A DNA stretch of 54,444 nt. Source: a virus (lineage: Duplodnaviria > Heunggongvirae > Uroviricota > Caudoviricetes). The translations under genes were made by a program, and so were the position numbers. How positions within the stretch are numbered: the stretch's first letter is position 1; each line of letters starts with the position of its first letter. Below the pieces are notes generated by a model. The model was not told the origin of the DNA. It was given only the letters and a program-made list of their open reading frames with translations, and ran no database searches. The stretch lies in the IMG/VR virus record IMGVR_UViG_3300037279_000046; one strand, 5' to 3'. Below are positions 23,782 to 35,500 of the stretch, piece after piece.

Positions 23782-24218
23782 GAAAAATAGCTCAGTTTAA
23801 TGCTAGATCACCACTAGATACAGAGGAGCAGTTATTACTGTTCCTTCAGTCGTGGTGGTCTAAGCTCTATAATCGTCCCCTCAAAGATCCCGTACTACTC
23901 TCATACACACTAGAAGAGCTCATTTATGAGTTCTATGACCGCATTGAGCGAGATAAAGCTGAACAAGAGCGTCTTGAGCAAGATGATGTTAAAATAGAAG
24001 TTGAGAAAGAGAAAGCTGATATGGATTGGGCAGAGCGGATGGAGCGTGAAGAACGCGAAGCCGAAATGCGCGAACAGGCAGCTAAGGCTAATCAGCCTAC
24101 TCCAGATCCAACAAAAGATCCTGCCAACATCAAGTGGATGGAAGAGCAGATGGCCCAAGCGAAAGCTCAGTTTGGTCAGTCTTTTGGAGAAGACATAGAC
24201 GAAACGTTTGAGGATTAG
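23706..24218 (+). CDS. Tail assembly chaperone extension (T-like), probably expressed as a frameshift fusion
   Basis: Overlaps chaperone in -1 frame and abuts tape measure. Confidence 0.65.
   Translation: MESRFKKEDGSDPGTTEESNVLESIRKIAQFNARSPLDTEEQLLLFLQSWWSKLYNRPLKDPVLLSYTLEELIYEFYDRIERDKAEQERLEQDDVKIEVEKEKADMDWAERMEREEREAEMREQAAKANQPTPDPTKDPANIKWMEEQMAQAKAQFGQSFGEDIDETFED
23718..23727 (+). other. Putative -1 programmed ribosomal frameshift site (T TTA AAA / A AAA AAG)
   Basis: GAT TTA AAA AAG in chaperone frame; overlapping ORF 23706..24218 is in the -1 frame. Confidence 0.7.
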
Positions 24219-24220
24219 AG

Positions 24221-27166
24221 ATGGCGGACAACAAGACACCAGGCAATAAGCCGATGAATAGTTTCGGCTTGTCCGATATCGAAAAGATCGGACAGACCGC
24301 CTATTTCACTCCAAAGTCAGAACAGCATGAGAGAATGCGCGCAGCAACTGCTCAAGAGCAGTTGAACTTATTGCAAGATATTCCTGAAGATGTTATCGCT
24401 GGCTCAGGAGCAATGTCTCGCATCGCCAAGACTGCTCCGAATACTCTTCGCTCTGCAGAGACTCGCATTGAGTCATCTGTCGGAAGTCGTCTTGATCGCG
24501 CTAACTTACAAGTTGTAAATGCTATTGGTCGTCGCTATGCTGAGTCTACAATTAACGGGCAAGCAAAACGTATGGCCGAAGACAGAGATGTTCAATCACG
24601 CTCTCTAGGGATGATGGGTTCTTCTTATGAAGACCTTAATCAACGCAGAGATACTATCAATGGTCAGATTCAAGAATTAGGTAACCAGAGTGCTTACGCT
24701 GCTCGCGGATTATTCGGCGAACAAGGTAAACGTGGAAACCAGTCTAGAATCATCAGTCAGAATGCTCAGACCGCGTTCAGTAAGACACAAGAGATCGCAG
24801 CGATCGATGTTGCACAACGTGCAATGCGTCAGTCTGGCAATGATCCTCTGTCTAAATACGAGAATTTAACTGCCACAGGAAAAGCTGCACAAGACATGAT
24901 GAGTGCTAAGGCGCTCGGCAGTGAAATTGCTTCTGGTGGAGTCAATGTAAGTCGTGATGGTAGACAAGAGAAGGTTGCTAACAAAGATATTGGTTCTGCT
25001 CTTGGAGCTGAAGCCGAAAAGCTTTCTAAGATCTTCGAACAGATGGCTAAGACTGGCCAAGACAATATTGAAGCACTCTCTTCACTTCGTAAGCAAGCTG
25101 AAGAGTCTGCTCAGAACTTTGAGAAGCTGAAACAAGCACAAGGTGCTGGCGGCGGCAATAACTACGGACAGTACGCTCAGTATGCGCAAGCAGCTGGTGG
25201 TATGTTCAATGCTGCAGGCTCTGCTATTCAACAGATTGGCGTTAATCAACGCTTAGGTCAAGTTGGAAACGTTCAAGGCTTCTCTAACATTGAAAATAAC
25301 AAGTACGATATGTACAAGTCTGGTCGTGGCGGAGATGTAATGTCTCAGATGCTGCTTGGCCAGTACGGTAAAGCCGAACAGTTCGGTAGCGAACTTCATA
25401 CAGCGACTAACGTAGCTAACACTGCTTTCCTTGCAGGATCTGCTGCAACAGGTGTTGCTGGTGGATTCCAGATGGCAGAAGCCGGAGCACAGAAAGCTAA
25501 CCCATTAGCTTATGCTTCGGGCGCATCAACTTCAAATACTCAAGCTATGCTTGGTGGAGCACAAAACGTCGTTCAAGGCGTTGCAGGTGTTGCTACTACT
25601 GGCATGGATATGTACCGTGGCGTCTCTGCTGGACAAGCTCAGATCCAAGGAACACAAGCTCAGATGGAAGCTCGTCGTGCAGTACTTAAAGTACAAGCCG
25701 AACAGCTTCAAGGGTTCCGTGACTTCGGTGTAGGCATGGGCGTTGCGGCTCAAGGCATGGGCGGACGCGGTGAAGCATTCCTTCAGAACAGCATGTCCGA
25801 TAAGAGCATGCAGAACATGGTCGGTGCCCGTATGTCTCCTGAGCAAATGGCTCAGATGTCTGCGTCTGGCGTTTCATCTATGGGAAGTCAATTCCAGACT
25901 TCACAAGTATTTGCAGCTCGTAATCTAGAACGCTCTGGTAACGGATCGATGGCTGAGAACATGCAGCGGATGGCTTCTTTGGCTGGTGCAGGATCTAACA
26001 ATCCGCAAGCTGGATTATCCTCTGTTCTCGAATCGGCATTCAGCAAGAGCTTAGATTCTTCTAAAGCATTAACCATGGTTGCAGAAAACACTGGTGCATT
26101 GGTTGCCAGCGGTTCTGCTAGAGCTATGGGTATTGACACAACTGGTGCAGCTGCTGCTATATCAACTGCCGGCATAAACAAGAGCGATCCTAACCAGGAA
26201 TACGCTGTCAACCGCTCTATGCAAGTTCAAGATGTAGTTAACAGAAATGGTACTGACCAAGGTGTTAACTTTGCTGCTATGGCAGCTACAGCCCGTATCA
26301 ACAAGATGACTGGTTTATCAGGAACTCAATCGATCATTGCTCAGGGCTTCTCTGATACTGACCTTCGTGGTATGCGCGACGAGACTGATAAGTCAAAAGT
26401 TGCTGAAGGTCTTCGCATGCGCGGTATCAATGTTAAAGGTGGAGACGATGCGGCTCGCTTAGTTTCTCAGTTGAGTACAGCTCGTGTTATGACTAACTTG
26501 ACTCAAGGTGGAACTGGTATCGCTACTGGTGCTTCTCAATATGCTGATAAGTTCGCAAGAGAAGTTGCTAATGATCCTTCTACTGTTGAGCGCTTAATCG
26601 CTGCACAGAAGACTGGTAAATACGAGTCTAACTCACAGAAACAATTCCTTCAATCTTCAGCTGAAGCTGCTGGCTTACAGAAGGTTGGATTGGATGAGTA
26701 CTTACGTTCGGCTGCTGGTGTTGTAGGTAAGAGCGATACTAACTCCGTTGGTAAAGCTTCTGATGCAATGAAGGACGAAGGCGGATCTGGTACACTCAAG
26801 ACCCTTGACGATCTTCGTACTTCAGGATTTAAGCAGTTGTCAGAGGCTGCATTGCAGGCTGCATTGCAAGCTACTAAGAGCTTAGGTGGAACTGCTGCTG
26901 CACTAAAGACTCTCGCTGAATTAAGTGGTAACTTTGAAAAGATGGGTGCATCTGGAGCAGAAGGCAAGTTCTCAACTGCTGCCGGTGACTCTGCTGCTAC
27001 ATTCGGAAGCGCTGCTACTAAGTTTGATGTTGCCGTTGACCGCTTTGCCGGGATCATGGAAAAAGCAGGTCTTGGAAAAGACTCTACTTCTGATCGCGCA
27101 AAGAAGACCATGGATAAAGTTACTAGTTCATCTAGTGGAATCTTAGATAAGAAAAAAGGCCGCTAA
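24221..27166 (+). CDS. Tape measure protein
   Basis: 981 aa, Ala/Gly/Gln-rich helical, follows chaperone pair and precedes hub. Confidence 0.85.
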   Translation: MADNKTPGNKPMNSFGLSDIEKIGQTAYFTPKSEQHERMRAATAQEQLNLLQDIPEDVIAGSGAMSRIAKTAPNTLRSAETRIESSVGSRLDRANLQVVNAIGRRYAESTINGQAKRMAEDRDVQSRSLGMMGSSYEDLNQRRDTINGQIQELGNQSAYAARGLFGEQGKRGNQSRIISQNAQTAFSKTQEIAAIDVAQRAMRQSGNDPLSKYENLTATGKAAQDMMSAKALGSEIASGGVNVSRDGRQEKVANKDIGSALGAEAEKLSKIFEQMAKTGQDNIEALSSLRKQAEESAQNFEKLKQAQGAGGGNNYGQYAQYAQAAGGMFNAAGSAIQQIGVNQRLGQVGNVQGFSNIENNKYDMYKSGRGGDVMSQMLLGQYGKAEQFGSELHTATNVANTAFLAGSAATGVAGGFQMAEAGAQKANPLAYASGASTSNTQAMLGGAQNVVQGVAGVATTGMDMYRGVSAGQAQIQGTQAQMEARRAVLKVQAEQLQGFRDFGVGMGVAAQGMGGRGEAFLQNSMSDKSMQNMVGARMSPEQMAQMSASGVSSMGSQFQTSQVFAARNLERSGNGSMAENMQRMASLAGAGSNNPQAGLSSVLESAFSKSLDSSKALTMVAENTGALVASGSARAMGIDTTGAAAAISTAGINKSDPNQEYAVNRSMQVQDVVNRNGTDQGVNFAAMAATARINKMTGLSGTQSIIAQGFSDTDLRGMRDETDKSKVAEGLRMRGINVKGGDDAARLVSQLSTARVMTNLTQGGTGIATGASQYADKFAREVANDPSTVERLIAAQKTGKYESNSQKQFLQSSAEAAGLQKVGLDEYLRSAAGVVGKSDTNSVGKASDAMKDEGGSGTLKTLDDLRTSGFKQLSEAALQAALQATKSLGGTAAALKTLAELSGNFEKMGASGAEGKFSTAAGDSAATFGSAATKFDVAVDRFAGIMEKAGLGKDSTSDRAKKTMDKVTSSSSGILDKKKGR

Positions 27167-27188
27167 GTGGAGAAGGTAAAATAAGCTT

Positions 27189-28958
27189 ATGGCCAGCAAT
27201 TATGCAATCAAGACACCACATGCCGCAGTTCTAGTTTGGAACTACATTGATCGTATCGGCACAGAAGGAATGACTAGTTCACCAGAGAGTTCTGGAGTCG
27301 ATGACCTTACTGGTGTAGAGCCGACTATTATTAGTACACTCTCTTGCATTTCTATTTCCACTTCTAAATCTAAAGGCCAACCAGAGGGATCGTTTCAGAT
27401 TGTTCTTGCGCCTACTAAAGACTGGGTGAGTACGCTCACTGCAGGAAGCTGGCTTGCCATCCTCATGTCTAATGATCCTATTACACAGGACGATTTGAAA
27501 TCGGCAAATAAGAGCCAGGTAAAAATGATCGGCAAGATTGAGTCGGTCCGCACTGAAGTAACCGTCGGAGATGATGGGGCGCGTCAAACACGTTTCTATG
27601 TCGCCGGTGTTGACTGGTGCCATATCTTTAATAATATCCTTTACGTCGACAACTTGATTGCTTCTTCTGATGACCCTAAGTCTCAGGGTAATGCTATTGC
27701 TGTCGCACTCCGTAACCTGTTGTTCGGAAATGACGGAACACCAAAGAGCTTTAACGTGGATGAAAATCTCACAGCTCTAATCGGCCTGTTCGGCAAGTCA
27801 GCTGGCGGGTTAATGAAGGCAGGAGTCGATATCAATCGTCTGGCTGCCTCTTTATATAGTTTTAATATGCCTAAGGAGATGGTCCAGTACTTTAACTTCG
27901 TTGATTCAGATGGTGACCCATCTGACAGCGTTAAGATTAACGACAACCTCACTCTGACTAGTGGTAAGCTAATTGACAACGATACTTATCTTCCGACTAA
28001 TGAAGCTAAGGGATATATTGATCCTTTCACACTACAAGGACAACATACTTTCTGGCAAGTGTTAATGGACAATAGCAATCCAGTTTTAAACGAGATGTAT
28101 CCTGAGATGGCATGGGTTGGCGGAGATGATCCGAGTAATAACTCGCTTCAGCTCACTATCTACAATCGGATTAAGCCATTTTCTTTCCGAGGTTTTGACT
28201 CAGAGGGCGGAGCGGGCGATGGTCCACTCAGCTACTTCCAGTATGTCAAGTTACACGACATTGATCCTGTTACAGTAATGAGTATTAACGCAGGAACAAA
28301 CTGGCGCGATAAATTTAACTTCATTGAGGTTAAACCTAACTTCCAAGATTTTAACGTTATCGCTAACTGGTACAAGCAGAAGAGCCAAGCTTTCGACGCA
28401 CAAGCATTTGAGCGAGAAGGTTTCCGCCCTCTGATCCTTGAGACTAAGCAATTCCCGTCAGCTACTAATAAAGCAGGCGGAAACACTACAGATATCAACG
28501 TGGATTGGGACCAGCTTCAAAAGTGGGTTCTTCTTCTTCGTGAATGGTACTTCAATACTCACCGCATGCTGAATGGCACCATGGTGATGTATGGAACCAC
28601 TGACTATATTGCTGTAGGCGATAACATTCGTGTTCCAACTGAGTTATTAAGTGTTACACCCAACCTCACTGTTGACATCGCTGACGATGCCAGCAATGAT
28701 GACTGGTATGTTCTTGCTCAGGTTGAGAGCGTTTCCCACAACTTCACAGTTGGCGGAGATGGCGCTCGCTCTTACACTACTACTATTCAATTCGTTCGTG
28801 GAATTATCGTCGACGGCGATAACGTTGCTCTTGGCGACGGACCACTCGATAAGCTTGCTGATGGTGTAACTCAGGGCCATCGTGAAACAAACACGCAGAA
28901 CGTTATTAGTTCATCGGACTCTTCGGATCCAGATGGAACTAAGCTGGCAGGCACATAA
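27189..28958 (+). CDS. Baseplate hub protein
   Basis: GSFQIVLAP, MIGKIESVR, C-terminal GTMVMYG..DYIAVGDNI...AQVESVSHNF...TTTIQFVRG. Confidence 0.7.
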   Translation: MASNYAIKTPHAAVLVWNYIDRIGTEGMTSSPESSGVDDLTGVEPTIISTLSCISISTSKSKGQPEGSFQIVLAPTKDWVSTLTAGSWLAILMSNDPITQDDLKSANKSQVKMIGKIESVRTEVTVGDDGARQTRFYVAGVDWCHIFNNILYVDNLIASSDDPKSQGNAIAVALRNLLFGNDGTPKSFNVDENLTALIGLFGKSAGGLMKAGVDINRLAASLYSFNMPKEMVQYFNFVDSDGDPSDSVKINDNLTLTSGKLIDNDTYLPTNEAKGYIDPFTLQGQHTFWQVLMDNSNPVLNEMYPEMAWVGGDDPSNNSLQLTIYNRIKPFSFRGFDSEGGAGDGPLSYFQYVKLHDIDPVTVMSINAGTNWRDKFNFIEVKPNFQDFNVIANWYKQKSQAFDAQAFEREGFRPLILETKQFPSATNKAGGNTTDINVDWDQLQKWVLLLREWYFNTHRMLNGTMVMYGTTDYIAVGDNIRVPTELLSVTPNLTVDIADDASNDDWYVLAQVESVSHNFTVGGDGARSYTTTIQFVRGIIVDGDNVALGDGPLDKLADGVTQGHRETNTQNVISSSDSSDPDGTKLAGT

Positions 28959-29965
28959 TGGATTCATTTGGAATTGTTAAGGATAGTAGTATTTGGCAGA
29001 ACTCTAGTGACTTCTCTGCATTCAGCAGAAAAGACAATTCTATTCGTATCGGGATCATCAAGAAGGTGTATCGCGATGGGAATACAGGCGATCTGCGCTA
29101 TCTAGCTGAGCTTCGCGATGCTAACGATGGTATTGAACTCAACTGTCGCCTAATGCGTAAATTTGGTGGCGTCTTCAACTACGAAGATACCGTCATGCAT
29201 GGCTACAAGTTCGATGACAAACCAGATCCTACTTCTAACTTCGCAGCTAAGGCTGGTGACGTCGTTCTTATTGCCCTATTAAATGGACAAGCACGAGACG
29301 GCATCATCCTAGGATGCCTCACACATCCAGCACGCACGTCAGTCATAGACATTGACAATGGACCACAATTCGCATCTGAATTCAATGGGATTGAAACCCT
29401 GATCAATCAGGATGGTGAGTATACAGTTACGTTCAAGGGTATTCCTACGAACATCGATATGCTCGACAACGCTCCTGCATCTGCTCTTCCTGCTCCGACC
29501 TACGATACAACAGTGGGCACATCATTCTATAAGTTTGACAAGACAGGCTCATTCGAAGTGAATGATAACAGCCAGAACATAGGCTTCCAGAATCTTAGAA
29601 TAGATAAGGCTGCTGGAACAGTAGCTATCAACTCTGGTAAGGTCTCGCTATTGTTTACTAAGGCTCCTGAGCAAGTTGACCTAAAAGCTAAAGTTACCAA
29701 TATCGTTTCAGATACCAGCATTACTGCGTCCACACAGCAGTACTCTATGAGCGCTACTACGTCTGCTAAAGTGAAGAGCCCTAAGGTTGCAATCGGCACA
29801 GACGGTATTGAGCTCCTTGACCAGCTCTCGCAACTCATTGATGCGATTGGTAAACTGATCGCTATCTCCCCAGTTGGACCTTGTAATGCCCTTATGACCT
29901 CTCCCGAGTGGTCGGGGGTTGCAGCAGTCCAGACCAAGATTAAGGAGATCACTGGCAGCTTTTAA
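28958..29965 (+). CDS. Central spike protein (OB fold plus beta-helix-like region)
   Basis: GDVVLIALLNGQARDGIILG OB motif; repeating beta strands; position after hub. Confidence 0.7.
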   Translation: MDSFGIVKDSSIWQNSSDFSAFSRKDNSIRIGIIKKVYRDGNTGDLRYLAELRDANDGIELNCRLMRKFGGVFNYEDTVMHGYKFDDKPDPTSNFAAKAGDVVLIALLNGQARDGIILGCLTHPARTSVIDIDNGPQFASEFNGIETLINQDGEYTVTFKGIPTNIDMLDNAPASALPAPTYDTTVGTSFYKFDKTGSFEVNDNSQNIGFQNLRIDKAAGTVAINSGKVSLLFTKAPEQVDLKAKVTNIVSDTSITASTQQYSMSATTSAKVKSPKVAIGTDGIELLDQLSQLIDAIGKLIAISPVGPCNALMTSPEWSGVAAVQTKIKEITGSF

Positions 29966-29989
29966 CTTAGGTTGCTATATAATTGACTC

Positions 29990-30940
29990 ATGGCATTTAG
30001 TGTTACAGATTTACTCAGCGGATTAAATAAGCCCAAAGAAACCCCTGTTCAAAATCAGGTGAACTCTACGGCTGCGGCAGCAGGTCTCGAAGCTGCTATG
30101 GACTTGATCTATGATATCGAGTCCCAGAACTGGTATACCGCAAAACCATACGGATTCAAAGCTACTAACCGAGACGGTGGTGTGTTCACCATGTTCTTGC
30201 CTATTAGCCCAAGCAATTTAAACATCACTACTAATTTCGCAACCAACGTTATTCCTACCTTGTATGGAACTGTAGAAGAGCACTCTGATGTTCGCTACTA
30301 CGACATCACAATTGAAGGAACAACTGGTATGGCTCCAAAATTTGTTGAGCCAGGTGTTGGTGAGCCAGGTGGAAACCTCTATGGCGCTCTCCAGACAAAG
30401 GGACGTACTGCGTTCTCTGTTGCTCAAGGTATCTCGCTCGGTGGATTCTTTTCAAAGACTCTAGGCGCAGTGAATCAGATCGCCAACAAAGCTACTGACC
30501 TTCTTCAAGGTGCACCAAAGCCAAAAGCCGGTGTTTACTCTGATAACAGCGGTTATGTTGCCTTCCACAACCTTTATCGCTTCTTACTTCAGTATAAGAA
30601 GGATACGACTGGTGCTTACTCGAATACGAAGCGCACTTCGCATCCGCTGACTTTCTTTAACTATAAAGATAACAATCAGTACGATGTCGTAGTTCGCAAC
30701 TTTGTATTGCGTAGATCTGTTCAAGATCCTATGCTTTACTATTACTCGATTCAGCTTCGCGCCTACAACTTGCGCCCTATCACAAGTCCGATCGACGAGG
30801 ATTTAACTCAGCGTCTGAAGGATCTTGGTCTTAACGGCGTTAACTCGTCATCTCTTCTTGGAGACATTAAGAGCTTGTCGTCTGGCGTTAAGTCAATCAT
30901 TGGTTCTGCCGTTGGCGGAATTAGCGTATTAGGAAGATAA
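29990..30940 (+). CDS. Baseplate/tube initiator-type protein
   Basis: FLPISPSNLNIT...YYDITIEGTTG...YYYSIQLRA; position. Confidence 0.6.
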   Translation: MAFSVTDLLSGLNKPKETPVQNQVNSTAAAAGLEAAMDLIYDIESQNWYTAKPYGFKATNRDGGVFTMFLPISPSNLNITTNFATNVIPTLYGTVEEHSDVRYYDITIEGTTGMAPKFVEPGVGEPGGNLYGALQTKGRTAFSVAQGISLGGFFSKTLGAVNQIANKATDLLQGAPKPKAGVYSDNSGYVAFHNLYRFLLQYKKDTTGAYSNTKRTSHPLTFFNYKDNNQYDVVVRNFVLRRSVQDPMLYYYSIQLRAYNLRPITSPIDEDLTQRLKDLGLNGVNSSSLLGDIKSLSSGVKSIIGSAVGGISVLGR

Positions 30941-32545
30941 ATGGCTGCTACACTAAAGGACTCATATCAAGGTATTGCGGATGTCAACCTCTGGCTTAAA
31001 ACCAGAACGGGTGATACCCTATATCTATCTGATATTCCTTCAGTAATCCCGCTTCGTTGGCCATATTTCCGTGACAACTGGGATTTCATTAAACAGAACA
31101 TTATCAATAGTTCTTCTCGGTACTCAAATCCTGATTTTTTGAATCAGCAGATTAATGACTTCTCAAGCTTCATCTCTGCTCAACAGGTCAGTGCCGGAAC
31201 GACTAATCCGTTTGCAGATGGCAGCGTCTTCTATCAGTACTATACGATCTTCGATAACGTTCAGATCAGCGCCATCAACTTGACAAATCAAGAGACAACC
31301 CTCGTTACAAACGAGAAGGTTCGCGTTGGTGCATTCTCTAAGAACGACTTTGTAAACTATAAGACGACAATCACGGCTTACAGAGATGTGATTACAGATC
31401 AGTACGGTCTCACTGATGCTACCTATAATATGACCTACAACAGAAGTGCACAGACTGCACAAATTGTTGCCGGCATCACTGAAGAGAACTACTTGTTAAC
31501 TCTTCAAGGATCTATCAAGACAATTAACTTCATCCTTGCTAACTTGTTTGCAGTGGATGCTTCGATTGATCGCTTTGCTTTAGCTCGTGCTAATGCTAAT
31601 AACCCAGATGTGAACATTGGTTCATATAAGTCTGGTACCTTAGTCAAGATCAACTATGGAGAGACTCTTGAGAGTCTAGCTAACCGCTACTTAGGCGATC
31701 CTAACAAATGGATCGACATTGCTATTGCTAACGGCTTGAAACCGCCCTACATTGATGAGGTCGGTCAGCTAATTCCTTTACTCGCTAACGGTAACGGATC
31801 ACAGATTAACTTGGCAGAGACAGACAGCTCTGGCAACTACAACATCAATAAGCTTTATATCAATCAGCCCATCTTCTTGTCCTCTAGCACTCAAGTTGTG
31901 CCAGACCAAAGAACAATCACGAACATCCGTCAAGTACCGGTCTCAGGAGAGATCATCTTGGAGTTGGATGGTGCGGCTAACTTAAATATCTATCAGTTAG
32001 CTGGGAATGCGGCTATCCGCGTCTACCAGGCTAACACTATCAACAGCGCCTTCTTCGTCATGATCCCATCGACGCAGAACCTGCCAGATCAACGGAATGA
32101 TGAAGTTCCTTGGTTCTTGGCAAAGAGTGCTGCTGACGAGAAGCGCGCAAAGATCGACTTGCTCATTGACGACAATGGCGAGTTGAATTTCACCACCAAC
32201 GGAGACCTGAGCCTAAGCTACGGATTGCAGAATGCTATCCAGGCTATCAAGCTCAAAATTGTCACTGAATTGGGGTCTTTACGCTACCATCCAACTTTTG
32301 GTCTGGTAAACGTGGTCGGTAAGACCAACGCCAACATTGACGGAATCAAGGATCTGATTACTCAGTCGCTCACTAACCAAATAGCGGCTGACTCAAGATT
32401 TGATCGTATCGAGACGCTGGATGTCAATTATGCAGTCACCAACACGACTGGCACAGTTCCCGCAGCTATAACAATTCAGATGACAGTGAGATTAGCTGGC
32501 GGCAGTAGGATCCTACCTATTAGTTTCTCAGTGAATAACCTATAA
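30941..32545 (+). CDS. Baseplate protein with LysM-like domain fused to gp25-like C-terminal domain
   Basis: GETLESLANRYLGDPNKWIDIAIANGL; GDLSLSYGLQNAIQAIKLKIVTELGSLRYHPTFG. Confidence 0.75.
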   Translation: MAATLKDSYQGIADVNLWLKTRTGDTLYLSDIPSVIPLRWPYFRDNWDFIKQNIINSSSRYSNPDFLNQQINDFSSFISAQQVSAGTTNPFADGSVFYQYYTIFDNVQISAINLTNQETTLVTNEKVRVGAFSKNDFVNYKTTITAYRDVITDQYGLTDATYNMTYNRSAQTAQIVAGITEENYLLTLQGSIKTINFILANLFAVDASIDRFALARANANNPDVNIGSYKSGTLVKINYGETLESLANRYLGDPNKWIDIAIANGLKPPYIDEVGQLIPLLANGNGSQINLAETDSSGNYNINKLYINQPIFLSSSTQVVPDQRTITNIRQVPVSGEIILELDGAANLNIYQLAGNAAIRVYQANTINSAFFVMIPSTQNLPDQRNDEVPWFLAKSAADEKRAKIDLLIDDNGELNFTTNGDLSLSYGLQNAIQAIKLKIVTELGSLRYHPTFGLVNVVGKTNANIDGIKDLITQSLTNQIAADSRFDRIETLDVNYAVTNTTGTVPAAITIQMTVRLAGGSRILPISFSVNNL

Positions 32546-32577
32546 CCTGTCAGTTTACGTAGTAAAATAGGGTAACC

Positions 32578-35500
32578 ATGGCTATTCAAATTAAGAGCTT
32601 TAATCAAATTCTTGGAGACATGATCCGCACGATCTTAGCGGAAACTCCTCTCAATGACTTAAACGCAGGCTCAGTATTACTTACTTTGCTTGAAGCTGCA
32701 GCTGCTAACGACTTCGAGAACAATGCTGCGATCCTCAACGTTTTAGAGCTTCTTAATATCGATGCCGTACAGAACAGTGACCTTGATGCCCGTGCCGGTG
32801 ACTATGGTTTAACCCGTTATGCTGCCATTAAGGCTTCTGGTAACGTCACCATCACAAACACGAACATCACTAAGATCTCGACTGGCCTCTACGTAATTAA
32901 GCCAGCCCCTATTTCTGGACAGACTACTCTCTTCGTAAACAGCACGACTGGCTGGGCCCCATCTGGAACCTTGTATATCGGCCGTGGTACTCAGTCTTTT
33001 GAAGGTCCGATCCCTTATTCTTCTATCACTCAGTACGCTACGTATTCTCAGATCAATCTGGGCTCTGCGTTGCAACGCGACCATCTGATCTCGGATGTCG
33101 TTGTAGACTCCCAGGGTGAGCCAGATCGCATCATCGCTGCAGGTACGGTAGTTAGCATCCCTGCCAACAACCAGAACCCTGAGATCCAATACGTCACATT
33201 AAGAGACGCTGTTATCCCGGCTGGTGAGCAGAACGTTACCAACGTTCAAGTTATCGCTCTCGTTGCAGGATCACAAGGCAATGCAGGAATCAACACTATT
33301 ACTGCTTTTGATACTCCGCCATTCGCTGGTGCAGCTGTATCTAACACCAATGCTTTCACAGACGGTGCTGACATTGAGACAGACGTCCAACTCCGTAACC
33401 GTATCCAGAGCTATAGCACTACGCTTGCTCGCGGTACTGCTGCTTCGATCATCGACGCAGTAATCGGTGTTTCGGATTCGACAGATAACAAGCAAGTTGC
33501 TTCAGCAGTTATCACTGAGCCAACCGCTGTTAACGAACCTTCTATCCTTTATATCGATGACGGTACCGGCTTCGAGCCCTCGTACACTGGTCAATCGGTT
33601 GATACTCTGTTAAAGAATGCTGACGGAACCGAAGAGTTCTTGCAGCTCTCTAACTACCCACTTCCACGTCCTCAAGTTGTCAACACTGAGGCGGGTCCAT
33701 TCACAGTTACTGTTGGTTCAATCCTTCGTGTAATTGTCGATGGCACTGAGGAAGACATTCAGTTCTTGGCTACAGACTTTGCTAACATCTCGGCAGCAAC
33801 TATCTCTGAGATCATCATTGCTATCAACGCCCGCGCTACATCTTTTAGCGCTCGCTTTACTAACGATGGAGAAAACATTCTGATCTATCCTCAAGCATAC
33901 GATGCTGAGTTGATCCAGGTTTCTCCACAACGCTCGACTGATTCAACTTTGCTTTACATTAACAACCTGTTGAAGTTTCCTACTAACCAGTATAGCTACA
34001 TCTCGTTGTTTAAAAACTCTACTCGTATCTACGAAAAAGAGAAGAGCGCTTCGGTTGAGACTGCGGCATTCGCTAACTGGAACATCACTGGTCCAGGCGA
34101 TATCATTATCTCTGTTGACGGTACTCCGGCACAGGATCGTACATTCGCATTGAGTGACTTTGCTGGAGCTTCTAGCTTCGCGTCTCTCACTCTTGCACAA
34201 TACGTTGCTGCCTTCAATACTAAATTTGCAGGTCTTACCGCTACAGCAACTGCTTCACAGACTATGTTAATCACGTCGAACCAACAAGGTTCAGCGTCTT
34301 CAATCTCTGTAAGCGGTGGTACTTATCTTGATAAGTGGTTCACTAGCGGCGAAATCAGCTCTACTGGACAAAGCTCACAGTTCCAATTGAACCGTCAGAC
34401 TGGTAACCTCCAAGTAGTCGACATCAACGCAGGAGACACAGTTACTGCTGGTATCACGGATGCTAAAGGCTTCGTGCTGTCGTCTACAACTACATCTGGT
34501 AACTACAATGTATCGAGCGATACAAACGGTCGTCCATCTGAGATGGTCGTTGTAGCTGACTCTACATACACTACACAACGAGCTCTTACGCTGTTGGTTG
34601 GTGCTACAATCTCTATCACGAATCCTTCAGGAACAGACATGCGAATCATGTCTTCAACTCTTGCAGCATTCGAGGCGCTTCTGCCAGGTGACTTCATCTA
34701 CTTGACTCCACGCACAACTGGCTGGGTAAATTCAGCTAACGCTGGACTTTTTAAGATTCATGCTAAAGGTCCTCACCTAACTGCTGGAACTGACTCATTT
34801 GTTGATGTTCAAAACATCAACGTGGTTCCTCAGTCGAACGTCTCTATCTTAGATTCTTTGGACATCTCTGCTTTCACAACTGATGGATTCCCTCAGATTT
34901 GGCGCGGCGTCTACGTTGACAATCCTCCTGTTGCTTCAATCACAAGCATCATCGATTCGTTGAACACAGACCTCATTAACGTTATTGCTAGCGTTTATAA
35001 CTCTAGTGCTATCAAGTTAACATCGACTACTGAGAACGGTGGAAGCATTGCTATTCCCGTAGCGGTGTCGAATGCATCATTGCTCTTTGCAAGTACACCT
35101 ACCGCTGAGTTAGGTAACCCACCTCTCATCGCTTACTCTGTACCGACAAAAGATCTCGTATCTAATTTCAGGATCACAACTCCTACAAACCAGAACGTCT
35201 TCTTGAACCGTCACACGTATACAGACGTTAAACGTCAGTTACTTGCTAACTCGGTTCCTGATCAACCAGACTATACTGGTACTTACAGTGAGATTGTTGA
35301 TGCTAACCTCGATGCTACGACTATGGACTTTGATGACTACTTGTCATTCACTGGCGGCAACAACCGCGGGCAGTTCCGTACTGTCGCTGCGTTCCCTACT
35401 TCTGGAAACGTAGGTACTCAAGAGGGTACAGCTCGTACACAACTTGACCATATCATTGGTGATGAGCTTCAAGTTGTAACTCCAATCCAATTTACTACAG

